A stretch of DNA of 63,504 nucleotides, filler included, from 7 parts of 7 records of this genome joined end to end with filler, not necessarily neighbours in it; one strand, 5' to 3'. Shown: positions 30,537 to 42,490, counted from the whole stretch's first letter. The notes: generated from the sequence alone by a model not told the origin. Numbers and translations: made by a program.

Positions 30537-31259
30537 CGCGCAGCAGCCTCATCAATCTCCTCACCAATCCGGTCGGCCGCCCCAACCGGATTATCCGCAT
30601 CCCGGATCGGACGCCCGATCACGATGTAATCGGCACCCTGCTCAACAGCCATGGCCGGCGTCACAACACGGCGCTGATCATCCTTTTTCCCCGCCCCCAA
30701 TTGGGCCGAATCCCTGGTGTCACCGCCAGAAAGTCCTCACCACAACGACCCTTTACGGCAGCAACCTCGAGCCCCGAACAGACCACACCGGCACAACCGG
30801 CCGATTTGGCCATGCCGGCCTTGAGCATCACCAAGCGCCGGGGATCGTCAATTATATCCGGTCGATACCCAACCCCTGCAGGTCCGATGACGAAACGCTG
30901 GTCAACACCGTCACGCCCAACACACCCACCTGACCCTGACTGCCCGTAACAGCAGCCTCCAGCATGCGAAGGCTTTCACCGCAGTGCACGGTGACCAGTT
31001 TCACCCCCAAAGCGGCTATCCGTGTCATGGCTCTTTCAACCGTCGTGGGGATATCGTGCAACTTCAAATCAAGAAAAACGGCTGCTCCGACACTATCGGT
31101 TACCCACTTCACCAGGGAGGGCCCTGCGCTGACAAATAGCTCCAAGCCTATTTTGAACATCCCCACATGCCCATCCAACTGTGAGACCAACGTCTTTGCC
31201 TGATCCGCCGAAGGCACATCCAGAGGAAAGACGATATAATCCTTACCCTTTTTTATCAT
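30530..31259 (-). CDS. pyrF: Orotidine-5'-phosphate decarboxylase; frameshift near 30860
   Basis: [18 protein letters not shown]; shifted frame continues [27 protein letters not shown] to the stop at 30530. Confidence 0.93.
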
Positions 31260-31539
31260 CTACTTTCTCCCCACACTGAAATTAACGCCCGCCCGCCTCC
31301 CCTTGTCCGGTATCACGAAAAACAACCTGGTCAGGGAAGCAGCCTGGTGACGTGAGAAGCCCCTCACGCACCAGGATAAAATGGCACGATGGGGAAAAGA
31401 AATTGAATTTTTACACAAAATTATGATATTTAGCAATTTAGTCGTTTTTCATCAAAACATTTCTTCAGCGTGTTGAAGAGGCCATCGCCCCCGACGACGG
31501 AACAGATGGATAGAAAATATCAGAGGATCTAACAAACAG

Positions 31540-32901
31540 ATGGCGGCATCTCAACGATACCATGTAGCCGCTGGAACTTTTCAGACCAGCGAACCCCACC
31601 CCCTGTTGCTACAGGCCTATCTCGGCACATGCGTAGGGCTGGCGATCTACTGTAAAAAGACCGGCATCGGTGGAATGATCCACCTCCTGCTGCCTGAACC
31701 CGTTTCCCAGGCCAGCCTGAACCAGCCCGAAAAATATGCATCCACGGGTGTTCCCATGTTTATCGAATCGCTCGTAGAAATGGGGGCCAATAGTCAAGAC
31801 CTGGTCGCTATCATTGCCGGAGGGGCACTGGTGGGGCCTGTCAGCAATCAGGACCTTGCCCTGGATATTGGCGGGCGGACAGCGGACAAAACCAGGGAAG
31901 TGCTTGAAAGCCATGGCATTGAGATCATACGGTCAGAAACCGGCGGCTTCTTCACCTGCTGTCTCAGCATCGACATGGAGAACGGCCACTGTACCATCGA
32001 ACCGGCCGGCCAGAACAAGCTGGTATGGGATGAAAAGGTGCAAATCCCCAGTGAGGATGAGATAAAAGCGGCCGCCAAAGACCTGCAGCCGATCCCCCAG
32101 GTCGCACTTAAAGTGCTTCGCCTGATCGACGAAGAGGACCAGGGCATTGAAAAAATCGCCGATGAAATCCGCAAAGACCAGGTGATCACCGCGCGAACGC
32201 TCAGCCTGGCCAACTCGGCCATGTTTACCAAGAGGAAAGAGATCGAATCGCTGGACCACGCCCTGGTCTTCCTGGGGCAGGAGCAGCTGGTCAAACTGAT
32301 CATCTCAGCGGCCGTACAGAGCTTCTTTGAACAGTCTTCCCAAGGCTATTCTCTCTGCAAGGGAGGACTCTACCACCATGCGGTCGGTTGCGCCCAGGTG
32401 GCCGAAGCGCTGGCCCGAAAAACCGGAAAGGTCTCTGCCCAGAAAGCGTATACGGCCGGATTGCTCCATGACATCGGCAAGGTCGTGCTGGACCAATACG
32501 TCGCCCCTGCCTATCCGCTCTTCTACCGCCGGGCCATGGAAGGCAACGAAAACGTTCTGGCTATTGAGAATAAAATCCTGGGTACCGATCACACCCAAGT
32601 CGGCCGTATGCTGGCCGAACAGTGGTCATTTCCCGAGTCGTTGATCCATACGGTTCGATACCACCATTTCCCTGGGAAAGAGAGCCCGCACACACTCCTC
32701 GCAACAGTCGTCTATCTTGCCGATCTACTCTTGTCACGGTTTCAGATCGGTCTTGAAATCGAACGCCTGGACACCGAGACACTCACCGCTCATATGGAAA
32801 CGCTGGACCTGGACACCGACAGTTTTGCCGGTCTGGTCGATATGATTCCGAGCGCGATTTTTCACGATACAGCCGAGGCCTCTTCAGCAGCCGACGAATA
32901 A
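31540..32901 (+). CDS. CheD-like deamidase fused to an HDOD domain
   Basis: LGTCVG, HLLLP, KYA, IGGR (CheD); PIPQVA, HAVG, AGLLHDIGK, HTQVG, YHH (HDOD). Confidence 0.85.
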   Translation: MAASQRYHVAAGTFQTSEPHPLLLQAYLGTCVGLAIYCKKTGIGGMIHLLLPEPVSQASLNQPEKYASTGVPMFIESLVEMGANSQDLVAIIAGGALVGPVSNQDLALDIGGRTADKTREVLESHGIEIIRSETGGFFTCCLSIDMENGHCTIEPAGQNKLVWDEKVQIPSEDEIKAAAKDLQPIPQVALKVLRLIDEEDQGIEKIADEIRKDQVITARTLSLANSAMFTKRKEIESLDHALVFLGQEQLVKLIISAAVQSFFEQSSQGYSLCKGGLYHHAVGCAQVAEALARKTGKVSAQKAYTAGLLHDIGKVVLDQYVAPAYPLFYRRAMEGNENVLAIENKILGTDHTQVGRMLAEQWSFPESLIHTVRYHHFPGKESPHTLLATVVYLADLLLSRFQIGLEIERLDTETLTAHMETLDLDTDSFAGLVDMIPSAIFHDTAEASSAADE

Positions 32902-32922
32902 GGGAGATGTCAGACAGCAACC

Positions 32923-34349
32923 ATGCCTATCAGTAACCAACAGCAGAATCTGCTTCGCCGTTTACCCAAGGTCGATCACCTGATCAACCTGGCCGGCAAT
33001 GAACTCTCCCTGCAAAAGATCCCTAAAAGCCTGCTGGTTAGAACTATCCGGGAGACATTGGAGCAACTGCGTCATCAAATTCTGGTAGAGCCCGACACCG
33101 TGGAAGACCAAAACTGTACACCCTCCGGTCTGCTCTCCATGATTGCCGGTAAAGCCGCCAGTGCCCAAGCGTTCAATCTGAAGCGCACCATCAACGCGAC
33201 AGGTGTTGTCGTCCACACCAACCTGGGCAGATCGCAACTGGCGCAAGAGGCCATCGACCACCTGGTCACCATCTCCGGCCGCTATTCCAACCTTGAATTC
33301 GACCTGAGCAAAGGCCGGCGGGGCTCACGCTACAGCGCCGTCGAAGAGATCTTGTGCGAACTGAGCGGCGCCGAAGCGGCACTGGTCGTCAACAACAACG
33401 CCGCAGCAGTCCTGCTCTGCCTCGATACTCTCGCCCACGGCAAAGAGGTCATCATCTCCCGGGGCGAGCTGGTCGAGATTGGCGGGTCTTTCCGAATCCC
33501 CGACGTAATGGCCAAAAGCGGCGCCATTCTCAAGGAGGTCGGCACCACAAACCGGACCCATCTGAAAGACTACCAGCAGGCCATCTCGGACGAAACCGGT
33601 TTGCTGCTCAAAGTCCATGCGAGCAACTACAGCATCGTGGGCTTTACTGCAGCGGTCCCTCTCGAGCAGATGGTTACGCTTGGAAAGCAGTTCAACCTGC
33701 CCGTCATGGAAGACTTGGGCAGCGGAAATTTCATCGACCTGGTTCGCTATGGCCTTGCCGCCGAACCTACTGTGCAAGCATCGGTAGCCGCCGGCATCGA
33801 CGTGGTGACCTTCAGCGGCGACAAACTACTGGGTGGCCCCAGGCCGGACTGATCGTCGGAAAGCGATCGATACTAGAGCGGATCAAAACCAACCCGCTGA
33901 CCCGCGCCCTGCGCATCGACAAAATGACCCTGGCCGCTCTGGAAGCGACCCTGCGACTCTACCGGGACGAACCCAGCGCTGTTTCTCAGATCCCGACCCT
34001 GAGGATGCTCCTGGCCAAGCAGCCCGAAATGGAGACGCGCGCACATCATCTCGAAAAGGCGCTGCGCGACATCGGGCAGGATCGATTGGAGATCACCCTG
34101 CTCGACCTGCCCTCCAAAGCCGGGGGCGGAGCCTTGCCCCTGTTGAAGCTGCCCAGCTGCTGCGTCGGCATCCGGATTGAGGGCATATCGGCCAACCGGA
34201 TCGAATCCGAACTGCGCAGCAACACGCCCCCGATCATCGGACGGATAGAGAACGAACTTCTCATCATGGATCCACGGACCATCCAGGATGACGAAATCGA
34301 GATCATAGTAGATGCATTTCAACAGATCATGTCAGACAACAAAGCGTAA
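32923..34349 (+). CDS. selA: L-seryl-tRNA(Sec) selenium transferase; frameshift near 33840
   Basis: INATGVVVHTNLGR, VNNNAAA, SRGELVEIGGSFRIP, SGDKLLGGP then QAGLIVG...ALRIDK in the other frame (one C missing). Confidence 0.95.
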
Positions 34350-34390
34350 ATGCATCGTGTCGACCCAGTAAAACCGCATGGAGAAACTTA

Positions 34391-35711
34391 ATGGCAGCTC
34401 AACCCACGGACGCACCCAACGAAGCCAATATCAATTCCCTTCTGCGCACCGGACCGGAAAGCACGCTGAACGCCCATACGCAAACGCCACACACGGCAGT
34501 CGATCCTCTACCTGACAGAGCGCCCCTCTTTCCACCTCCCGAACCTGCCCGGGAGTTCTTATCGGCGCTGACACCTTGGGACCGCTTTGCCACCATGGCC
34601 ATTCTGATCGATGATCCGGAACCCGAGGTCGACGACAATGCTCGGCATGCCGCCATCGAGGCGTGCCTGGCGTCGATGACGCAAAACAGTGAACTGGTGT
34701 GGGCCCGCTGGGACAAGGCGCTTTACGGCTGTGCCGTAAAAGGCAGCGAAGCCGAATCGGCACGCCCGTTGGCGAAGCAGATAGAGGTGGCGCTTGCAGA
34801 CAAAGATCTCGGTACCGTCTCCATCGGCCTATCCGAGTTCCCCCTCGACACATACGACCGCAAGAGTGCCCTGCTCAACGCCTGCAAGGCGCTGGACCAC
34901 GCCGCCTTTTTCGGTCCTGCCAGCACGGTCTGCTTCGATGCGGTCAGCCTGAACATCAGCGGCGACCACGCCTATCAGGCCGGACGGATGGAAGCGGCCA
35001 TCGCGGAGTACCACGCCGCCCTGCGCCTGGATCAAAATGACGTCAATGTCCACAACAGCCTGGGGGTCTGCCTGGCACAATCCGGCGACGTCGAAGGCGC
35101 CCGCGCCGCTTTTGAAACCTCGTTGACCCTCGATCCCAATGAAGCCATGGCCGCCTACAACCTCGGCGTTCTCAGTTTGCTGAAAAATGAAAACCGGGAC
35201 GCCATGCAGCATTTTAAAACCGCCTACGCCGCAGACGACCGTATTTTCGATATCCCCTTTCAAATCGGCAAACTGCTCACCGAAGAGGGGAAGTATAAAA
35301 AGGCACGACGCTACCTGGACGCCGCCCTGCTATTGGGCCAGACGTCTGCACCGGCCTACTACTGCCTGGGAAAATGCCTGAAGGCATTGGGGCAGGAGAA
35401 AGAGGCGATCGCCGCCTATAAGAAAGCGGTCAAGATCAACCCCAACGATGCCGCCGCCCTATCCGCCCTGGCGATCCTGTACGATGCCAAGGGCGAAAAC
35501 CCCGACATCTGTCTCACCTTCGGCCGCCAAAGCGTAACCCTCGCCCCTGAAAACGGGGAGTTCAGGATGCAGCTGGCCGAGCTGCTGCGGAAGTACAACC
35601 AGCTCGACGAAGCCTTGGAAGAATTTGAATCGGCAGCAGCACTGGGGCAAGAAGCCGGGCATCAAATCGCCGAAACCCGGGCCCAACTCGAGGACGAAGA
35701 AGAGAAGAAAA
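34391..35711 (+). CDS. TPR-repeat protein with N-terminal degenerate nucleotidyl-cyclase/GGDEF-like domain (truncated)
   Basis: VSIGLSEFP...ALDHAAFFG followed by multiple TPR repeats. Confidence 0.75.
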
Positions 35712-35811
35712 NNNNNNNNNNNNNNNNNNNNNNNNNNNNNNNNNNNNNNNNNNNNTTAATTAATTAANNNNNNNNNNNNNNNNNNNNNNNNNNNNNNNNN
35801 NNNNNNNNNNN

Positions 35812-37867
35812 TTTCCCGAAATTCAGCCCCTGACGATCCACAACCCTGTACCCTAAGATGGGGCGAAGGAAATATCATCGAGGATCCACTGTTTACAAAC
35901 GCAGCCCAAAATGATTTCACCCTGCAACCCGAATCTCCCTGCATCGATGCCGGCGATCCGGATTCCAGCTATTTTGATCTGGTGAATCCCGGTAATCCGG
36001 AAATTGCTTTGTGGCCCTCATCAGGCGGACGCCGGAATGATATGGGTAGCTATGGTGGCAATCTGCAAAAATGCAAAAAACTGGATGTAAAGCTGTCACA
36101 TTCACCGGAACATATTGATTTTGGTGACATGGGCTCGGAAACCACAAAAGAAATGACTCTTTATCTGACCAACAACACCACCGGTACCATTCACTTAAAA
36201 TCCATATCCATTTCCGATCCCCTTCATTTTGGTGTTTCTTATTTTCCACATGGTCAGACTCCAACGGGAATCCGAATGGTACTGGAATCCGGTGCCACGG
36301 ATAGTGTACGAATTACATTCACTCCGGATCTGGTACAGGATCCCTATTTCTGTGCCTTTTTTACCCTCAGGACCATCGAATGTGAGGATTATATCGTAAA
36401 AACCACGGGCGGTACCATCACAGGAACAATGGTGCAGGCAGGTGACGTGTCCGGTTTGTGGGAAAAAGAAAAAAGTCCCTATAACATCTTTGGTGAGATC
36501 TCCATTCCGTCATATGAATCCCTTGTCATTGAACCAGGTACCACCATCCGCTTTATGGGCGCCTACGGTTTAACCGTGGGTGAAAATGCCCGCTTGCATG
36601 CTGCTGGCACGGAGAGCGATTCCATTCGATTTCATACTCTGGATACGGTAACAGGCTGGCGCGGCATCACCATCCGGCAAAGTCAGGATGACGACACTCT
36701 CTCCTATTGTATTATTACAAATGCAAAGGATGGAGGTACAGAACAAGAGCCTGAGAATAGAAACGCTCTTAGAATCGAAAACTCATCCCCAACCATATCT
36801 CATTCAAGATTCATGAATAGCCATGCAAATTGGGGAGGTGCCATTTTTTGCCTTAATTCATCATTTACTCTGACTCACTGCTCCTTTCGAAAAAATGGAG
36901 CCAGGTGGGGTGGTGCTATTTACTGTTATTCTTCTACCTTAAAAATCGTAGAATGTAAATTCGAAGAAAACTCTGCACCATGTTGTGGCGCTATTCTTCT
37001 TAATAGAAGCCAATCTTCAATAATCTTGAATTCACTTTTCTATAAAAACATAGGAGGAGCGATAAGTGCCGTTAACTGGTCTTCTCTTACAATCATAAAC
37101 ACCATCATTGCAAAAAACAACTCAACTGTATTTGGAGGAGGTATTGATGCCTCATTTGACACTAATATTGTGGTCAAAAACTCTATCATCTGGGATAATC
37201 AAGCTCCCTATGGTGCAACATTTTCTATGAGTAATGGACCTAATATCAAGCTTGAATATTCTAATGTCGACACACTAAATCCAGACTGGCTTCACCGATA
37301 CGATGAAAAGAAAGATCTCATTCTTTGGGGAGAAGGCACTATTTGTCAAGATCCCCTATTCACCAATTCGGTTGACGGGGATTTTACATTAAAGAAAAAT
37401 TCACCCTGTATAGATAGCGGTGATCCGGATTCGCTCTTTTATGATTTTGAAGATCCCAACAAACCCGGTTATGCTCTCTGGCCTGCCTTAGGAACTATTC
37501 GAAACGATATGGGACTTTATGGCGGTCATATCCTGGATGATTCTTGTTCATTTGACGATAACGAAAACGATAATGATATTGAGCTGCCAGAATCCTTTGC
37601 ACTCATGCAAAATTATCCCAATCCTTTTCATCAGGAAACAATTATTAAATACAATATACGGCAGGAAAGCTCTGTTATTATAACCATCCATAATTTACTT
37701 GGGCAACGGATAAAAAAACTTGTTCATGATATTAAGGACGTCGGAATTTACCAGACCTGTTGGGATGGCAAAGACGAATTCGGAAATAACCTGTGTTCGG
37801 ACTCTATTTTTGTAAAATGAAAGCTCATAATTTTGAATGTATAAAAAAAATAATGCTGGTGCGGTAA
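35812..37867 (+). CDS. Secreted parallel beta-helix repeat protein with C-terminal FlgD/T9SS-like sorting domain; 5'-truncated, frameshift near 37800
   Basis: GGAI repeats; duplicated DPLF...SPCID.GDP...NDMG.YGG module; QNYPNPF...WDGKD; tail GLYFCKMKA...KKIMLVR in shifted frame. Confidence 0.8.
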
Positions 37868-38138
37868 GGTAGCCGGCATTACATTTCTTAATTGAGGATT
37901 TACGCAATGCCAATCAGGTGAGCACATGGGTCGCCATTATTAATTCTGTAAGGATACGATCCATTTGACCAAACATCTCCCGCATTAAGGATCTGTTCAG
38001 CTTTTACATTTTTTTTAAATTAATTATAGACTATTAAATGTTTTATTATTAATATCTGACAGGATGTTTTCAGTTAAAAAAATCAGTCTCAACAACTCGG
38101 ATTAAAAGTTCCAAATCCTTTAGAGATGGGAGGATTCC

Positions 38139-39704
38139 ATGAAACGTCACGAAATGCTGTCGAGAATAGAAAGTTCAACCTATTTATGGGATTTTATCAT
38201 TATTGGCGGTGGAGCAACCGGAGTGGGCACAGCCATTGAAGCGGCTTCACGCGGATATAAAACGCTGCTGCTGGAACAAAGTGATTTTGGCAAGGGTACC
38301 TCCAGCAGAAGCACAAAACTGGTTCACGGCGGCGTGCGTTATTTACAGCAGGGAAATGTGTCACTCGTATTGGAGGCTTTAAAGGAACGTGGCTATCTAC
38401 GTAAAAATGCACCTCATCTAGTCCATAACCTGCCCTTCATCGTTCCAAATTATGACTGGTGGGAAGGCCCTTTCTATGGCATCGGCCTGAAACTTTACGA
38501 CATGTTAGCAGGTAAACAGGGTTTTGGAGCGTCCAAACTGCTATCAAAAGAAAAGACCATAGAACATATCCCCACAATCGAAACAGAAGGTTTACTGGGT
38601 GGCGTTATCTATTATGACGGACAGTTTGATGACGCGCGTCTGGTCATAAACATGGCAGAAACGGCCGCGGAACAAGGCGGGACCTTGCTAAACTACATGA
38701 GGGTAACCAGACTGTTAAAATCCAATGATGTGGTCAATGGTGTGGTTGCCATAGATACGGAAACTGAAAAAGAATATGAACTCAAAGCAAAGGTTGTCAT
38801 TAATGCAACCGGCGTATTTGTCGATTCCATCCTCAAATTAGATGATCCGGCTACAAATCCCATAATCCGTCCAAGCCAGGGTGTGCATATTCTCCTGGAT
38901 AACTCTTTTCTGCCAGGAGATAGCGCTATTATGGTCCCACATACGGATGATGGACGTGTCTTATTTGCCGTTCCCTGGCATGATTGTGTCATCGTCGGCA
39001 CAACAGACACAGAGGTGGATAATGTGTCTCTGGAACCACGCCCCTTTGAAGAAGAACTGGATTTTCTCCTGACACACGCTGCCCGGTATTTGACCAAAGA
39101 TCCGGCACCATCAGATGTACTCAGTGCGTTCGCCGGATTACGCCCTCTGGTGAGCGCGGGAGATGCTAAAAACACAGCTGCCCTCTCACGGGATCATACA
39201 CTTTATATAACACGATCAGGTCTGGTCACCATCACCGGTGGTAAATGGACGACCTATAGAAAAATGGCCGAAGATACCATAGATCAGGCAGCCTCAGTGG
39301 CTTTGCTGGACGTACATCCATCCATAACAAAAGATTTGCAAATTCATGGTTATCATCAAAATGCGGACATATTTGATGAACTGAATATTTATGGATCTGA
39401 TGCACCCGCGATTCAGGATCTTTTAAGGGAAAATCCGGATTTGATCGAACGACTTCATCCCGATCTAAACACCTTTGCCGGTGAAGTGATATGGGCTGTG
39501 CGACATGAAATGGCACGAACTGTTGAAGATGTGCTGGCCCGCCGTACACGCGCTCTGCTGTTAAACGCCAAAGCCAGTATTGAAATGGCACCAAAAGTAG
39601 CCAAATTAATGGCAACTGAATTAAAACTCAAAAGGTCATGGGTAAAGGAACAGGTGAATTCCTATACGGAACTGGCAGGCGGTTATCTGTTAAACAATAA
39701 ATAA
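38139..39704 (+). CDS. glpD: FAD-dependent glycerol-3-phosphate dehydrogenase/oxidase
   Basis: IIGGGATG, GTSSRSTKLVHGGVRYL, YDGQFDD, GLRPL, GGKWTTYR. Confidence 0.92.
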   Translation: MKRHEMLSRIESSTYLWDFIIIGGGATGVGTAIEAASRGYKTLLLEQSDFGKGTSSRSTKLVHGGVRYLQQGNVSLVLEALKERGYLRKNAPHLVHNLPFIVPNYDWWEGPFYGIGLKLYDMLAGKQGFGASKLLSKEKTIEHIPTIETEGLLGGVIYYDGQFDDARLVINMAETAAEQGGTLLNYMRVTRLLKSNDVVNGVVAIDTETEKEYELKAKVVINATGVFVDSILKLDDPATNPIIRPSQGVHILLDNSFLPGDSAIMVPHTDDGRVLFAVPWHDCVIVGTTDTEVDNVSLEPRPFEEELDFLLTHAARYLTKDPAPSDVLSAFAGLRPLVSAGDAKNTAALSRDHTLYITRSGLVTITGGKWTTYRKMAEDTIDQAASVALLDVHPSITKDLQIHGYHQNADIFDELNIYGSDAPAIQDLLRENPDLIERLHPDLNTFAGEVIWAVRHEMARTVEDVLARRTRALLLNAKASIEMAPKVAKLMATELKLKRSWVKEQVNSYTELAGGYLLNNK

Positions 39705-39817
39705 ACTTACACTTGTATGAATAATATGGCAGCTTTAATTAAAGATATCAATTCCCAACGGTTTTCATTTCCTGAAGGCCTTAATGTGTATCTTTTCACC
39801 ATTAACTGGACAATTTC

Positions 39818-40909
39818 ATGATAAATTTTATCCGTGATTGGATAAACAAAACTTTTTCCGATCCACAGGTGATCATATTAGCAATCCTGCTTATTTTTGG
39901 ATTTCTTCTCATTTTTACATTGGGTTCTATGCTGGCACCTGTGTTTGCGAGCCTCGTCCTCGCATATTTGCTGGATGATATGGTTTCTCTTTTTCAGAAA
40001 ATAAAAATACCCAGAAGCATTTCTGTGCTTATCGTGTTCCTCTTTTTTATGGCCTGTTTGTTGTTTTTATTTATCGGCTTATTGCCAATGTTATCCAGGC
40101 AAATTGGCCAGCTATTTCAGGATTTGCCTACTATGATTGCGAACGGTCAGGAAAAAATCGTGCAACTGGCCAAACGTCATCCGGATATTTTCTCGCAACA
40201 ACAAATCAACCAGTTGCTCGGTGCTCTGAGCTCGGAACTATCAAGTCTGGGCCAGGGGATTGTTTCCTTTTCCGTGTCATCCGTTAAAAGTATAATATCC
40301 TTTATCATTTATTTGATACTCGTTCCCCTTCTTGTGTTCTTTTTTCTAAAGGATAAATTTAAAATATTACAATGGATCAAAAATATTCTTCCTAAAAACC
40401 GCGCTTTGGCTACAGAAGTGTGGCAAGAAGTGAATCAACAGATTTCAAATTATATCCGCGGCAAAGTCTGGGAAATCATTATCGTGTGGATCGCAAGTTA
40501 TATCACTTTTACCATACTGGGACTACGGTACTCGGTCCTTATCTCCCTGTTTGTCGGCCTGTCAGTACTTATCCCCTATATTGGCGCCACAGTCATGACT
40601 CTGCCAATCGCCTTAATCGCTTTTTTTCAATGGGGTTGGGGTTCTGACTTTGCTTATATATTGATCGCCTATGGCATTTTGCAGTTATTGGATGGTAATC
40701 TGTTATCACCACTGCTTCTTTCAGAAGTCGTTAATTTACATCCAATCGCGATTATTGTCGCGGTACTGGTGTTCGGAGGTTTATGGGGAATATGGGGATT
40801 GATTTTTGCCATTCCTTTGGCAACCCTGGTGCAGGCTGTTATCAATGCAATGCTCAGTAAACGAGATAATAAATCTGAAAATGAGATCACAGAGGGTACG
40901 CCTGCATAG
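39818..40909 (+). CDS. AI-2E family transporter (PerM-like)
   Basis: FSDPQ, FFFLKD, NYIRGK, IPYIGA, NLHP, GGLWG. Confidence 0.9.
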   Translation: MINFIRDWINKTFSDPQVIILAILLIFGFLLIFTLGSMLAPVFASLVLAYLLDDMVSLFQKIKIPRSISVLIVFLFFMACLLFLFIGLLPMLSRQIGQLFQDLPTMIANGQEKIVQLAKRHPDIFSQQQINQLLGALSSELSSLGQGIVSFSVSSVKSIISFIIYLILVPLLVFFFLKDKFKILQWIKNILPKNRALATEVWQEVNQQISNYIRGKVWEIIIVWIASYITFTILGLRYSVLISLFVGLSVLIPYIGATVMTLPIALIAFFQWGWGSDFAYILIAYGILQLLDGNLLSPLLLSEVVNLHPIAIIVAVLVFGGLWGIWGLIFAIPLATLVQAVINAMLSKRDNKSENEITEGTPA

Positions 40910-40921
40910 TTCTAACATTAT

Positions 40922-40957
40922 AAAAAAAGGCGGAGAACGTTTCGAATGATCTCCGCC
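40922..40957 (-). terminator. Intrinsic terminator
   Basis: A7-ggcggaga...tctccgcc between convergent genes. Confidence 0.7.
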
Positions 40958-41033
40958 ACAAGTAAATATCTCTATTTTTCCGACTCACCTTTAAAGAACG
41001 AAAACAGGATTCCATTTCATCCTCAAATCATGC

Positions 41034-41699
41034 TTACTCGCAGCAAGGCAAGGCTTTCACCATAATGTTTTTATAATAGACAACGCTTTTAGGATCATGT
41101 CCCTGCAAGCAAAAGGTACCACTGGATATTTTTCGTCCTGTCCCCTCATCACGTCCGACTTCTTCCGGTTCAGTATAATCAACAATAACCTTGTCATTAG
41201 TCTTGACGATAACGTGTTTGCCTTTGACAATAATGTGCTGGGTGAACCATTCGTTATCCTTTGCCGGCACTTCTTTTACATTAACAACATCATAAATGCT
41301 GCTGGTTCTCTTCCAGTCACTGTGGGAATTATTAACCTGGGTCTCATAACCTTTACTCGGCCAGCCATCCTGCTGAAATTCGGTATGAAAATAAATACCC
41401 GAGTTTGAACCCAGTTCTGTCATAACATCAGCCTTGAACTCAAAATTCTTAAAGTTGGCATTTTTTAAAGCGCCAACATAGTAGAGATGGCTACGCTTGC
41501 CATGAACAACGATTTTTCCGTCCTGTACGGAAAAAGTGCCCTCTGCTTCACTGGCTTTCCAGCCATCCAGGGTCTTGCCATCAAACAAACTAACCCATTC
41601 ACCGTCTTCACAGCAGGCTGTCGTCTTTTCTTCTTTACTGGACTGACACCCGGAAACAACAAAAGACGATATCAACAAGATCAGCGCGAATTTTTTCAA
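41034..41699 (-). CDS. DUF1080 (3-keto-disaccharide hydrolase family) lipoprotein
   Basis: SLFDGKTLDGW, NSGIYF, GYETQV, LQGHD; TTG start after GGAGG; VSGC lipobox. Confidence 0.88.
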   Translation of the reverse strand: MKKFALILLISSFVVSGCQSSKEEKTTACCEDGEWVSLFDGKTLDGWKASEAEGTFSVQDGKIVVHGKRSHLYYVGALKNANFKNFEFKADVMTELGSNSGIYFHTEFQQDGWPSKGYETQVNNSHSDWKRTSSIYDVVNVKEVPAKDNEWFTQHIIVKGKHVIVKTNDKVIVDYTEPEEVGRDEGTGRKISSGTFCLQGHDPKSVVYYKNIMVKALPCCE

Positions 41700-42109
41700 T
41701 GATTCTCCTCCTATTAAATGATTTCCGATCTTTATAAAATAATAAAAATTTTCCAAAAGATACGCAGTATTCAAGCAAAATTCAACTTTTATGTCACTAT
41801 TTTTTTACCTGTTGTTACATCGAAACACATAACGCAAAAAGTAATGTCCTGACCAGCAATAGCCATTCAACAAACAGGCTGCTCAATATGACACAAAAAT
41901 GATCTCGATAGATATTAAAGTATTTTAGAAATAAAAAAATATTCTGATTATTTTTTAATAGCAATATAACATTTTTTACATATATTTAGGCATCAGGAAA
42001 AAAATGTGTTACAATATTCCTTCATAACCGTATTGTTATAGAAATCCGTCTTTCTACACGGATGAAACAGGTAAAACATAACATTTTCAAAACAAAAGGA
42101 TTAAAAGAT

Positions 42110-42304
42110 ATGGTAAAATTTCTGCTCTGGTGTATCTTGTTTGTCTTGTGCTGGCCGTTGGCGTTATTTGCGCTTGTTCTGTATCCGATTATCTGGATAT
42201 TATTGCTTCCGTTCCGAATTTTAGGCATCGCAGTAGGTGGTATACTGGAACTTGTTTGGGCTGTGATCACACTACCGGCCCGTCTTATTCGCAAAGTGGC
42301 ATAA
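42110..42304 (+). CDS. Small hydrophobic membrane protein
   Basis: MVKFLLWCILFVLCWPLAL...LLLPFR...LPAR; AGGA RBS. Confidence 0.7.
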   Translation: MVKFLLWCILFVLCWPLALFALVLYPIIWILLLPFRILGIAVGGILELVWAVITLPARLIRKVA

Positions 42305-42490
42305 GAGAAAAGCTGTCTATGTATATAAGGAACCCAAAGCTCACCAATGAACAATGCTTTGAGTCCTTTTTAGTGCGACATTGATAGAAATCACTGAACG
42401 TATAAAAAATATCTGTTATTTTTCTTGTGACAAACAAATCAGTCTGCTATTTTGTATGTTGTCAATAAGAGTAACTTTCAGGAGGTTGTC

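Noticed and set aside
31324-31345. aacctggtcagggaagcagcc resembles SRP RNA domain IV
   Set aside because: Lacks the apical stem with its GNRA tetraloop (TCCGGAAG) and a long closing helix
32923-34349. Selenocysteine UGA read-through explaining the split selA
   Set aside because: The two halves are in different frames; one missing C restores GGPQAG
29323-35686. Numerous long antisense or overlapping ORFs on the GC-rich contigs (also 52840-53663, 56228-56986, 58877-59764)
   Set aside because: Shadow frames of well-supported genes with no recognisable motifs
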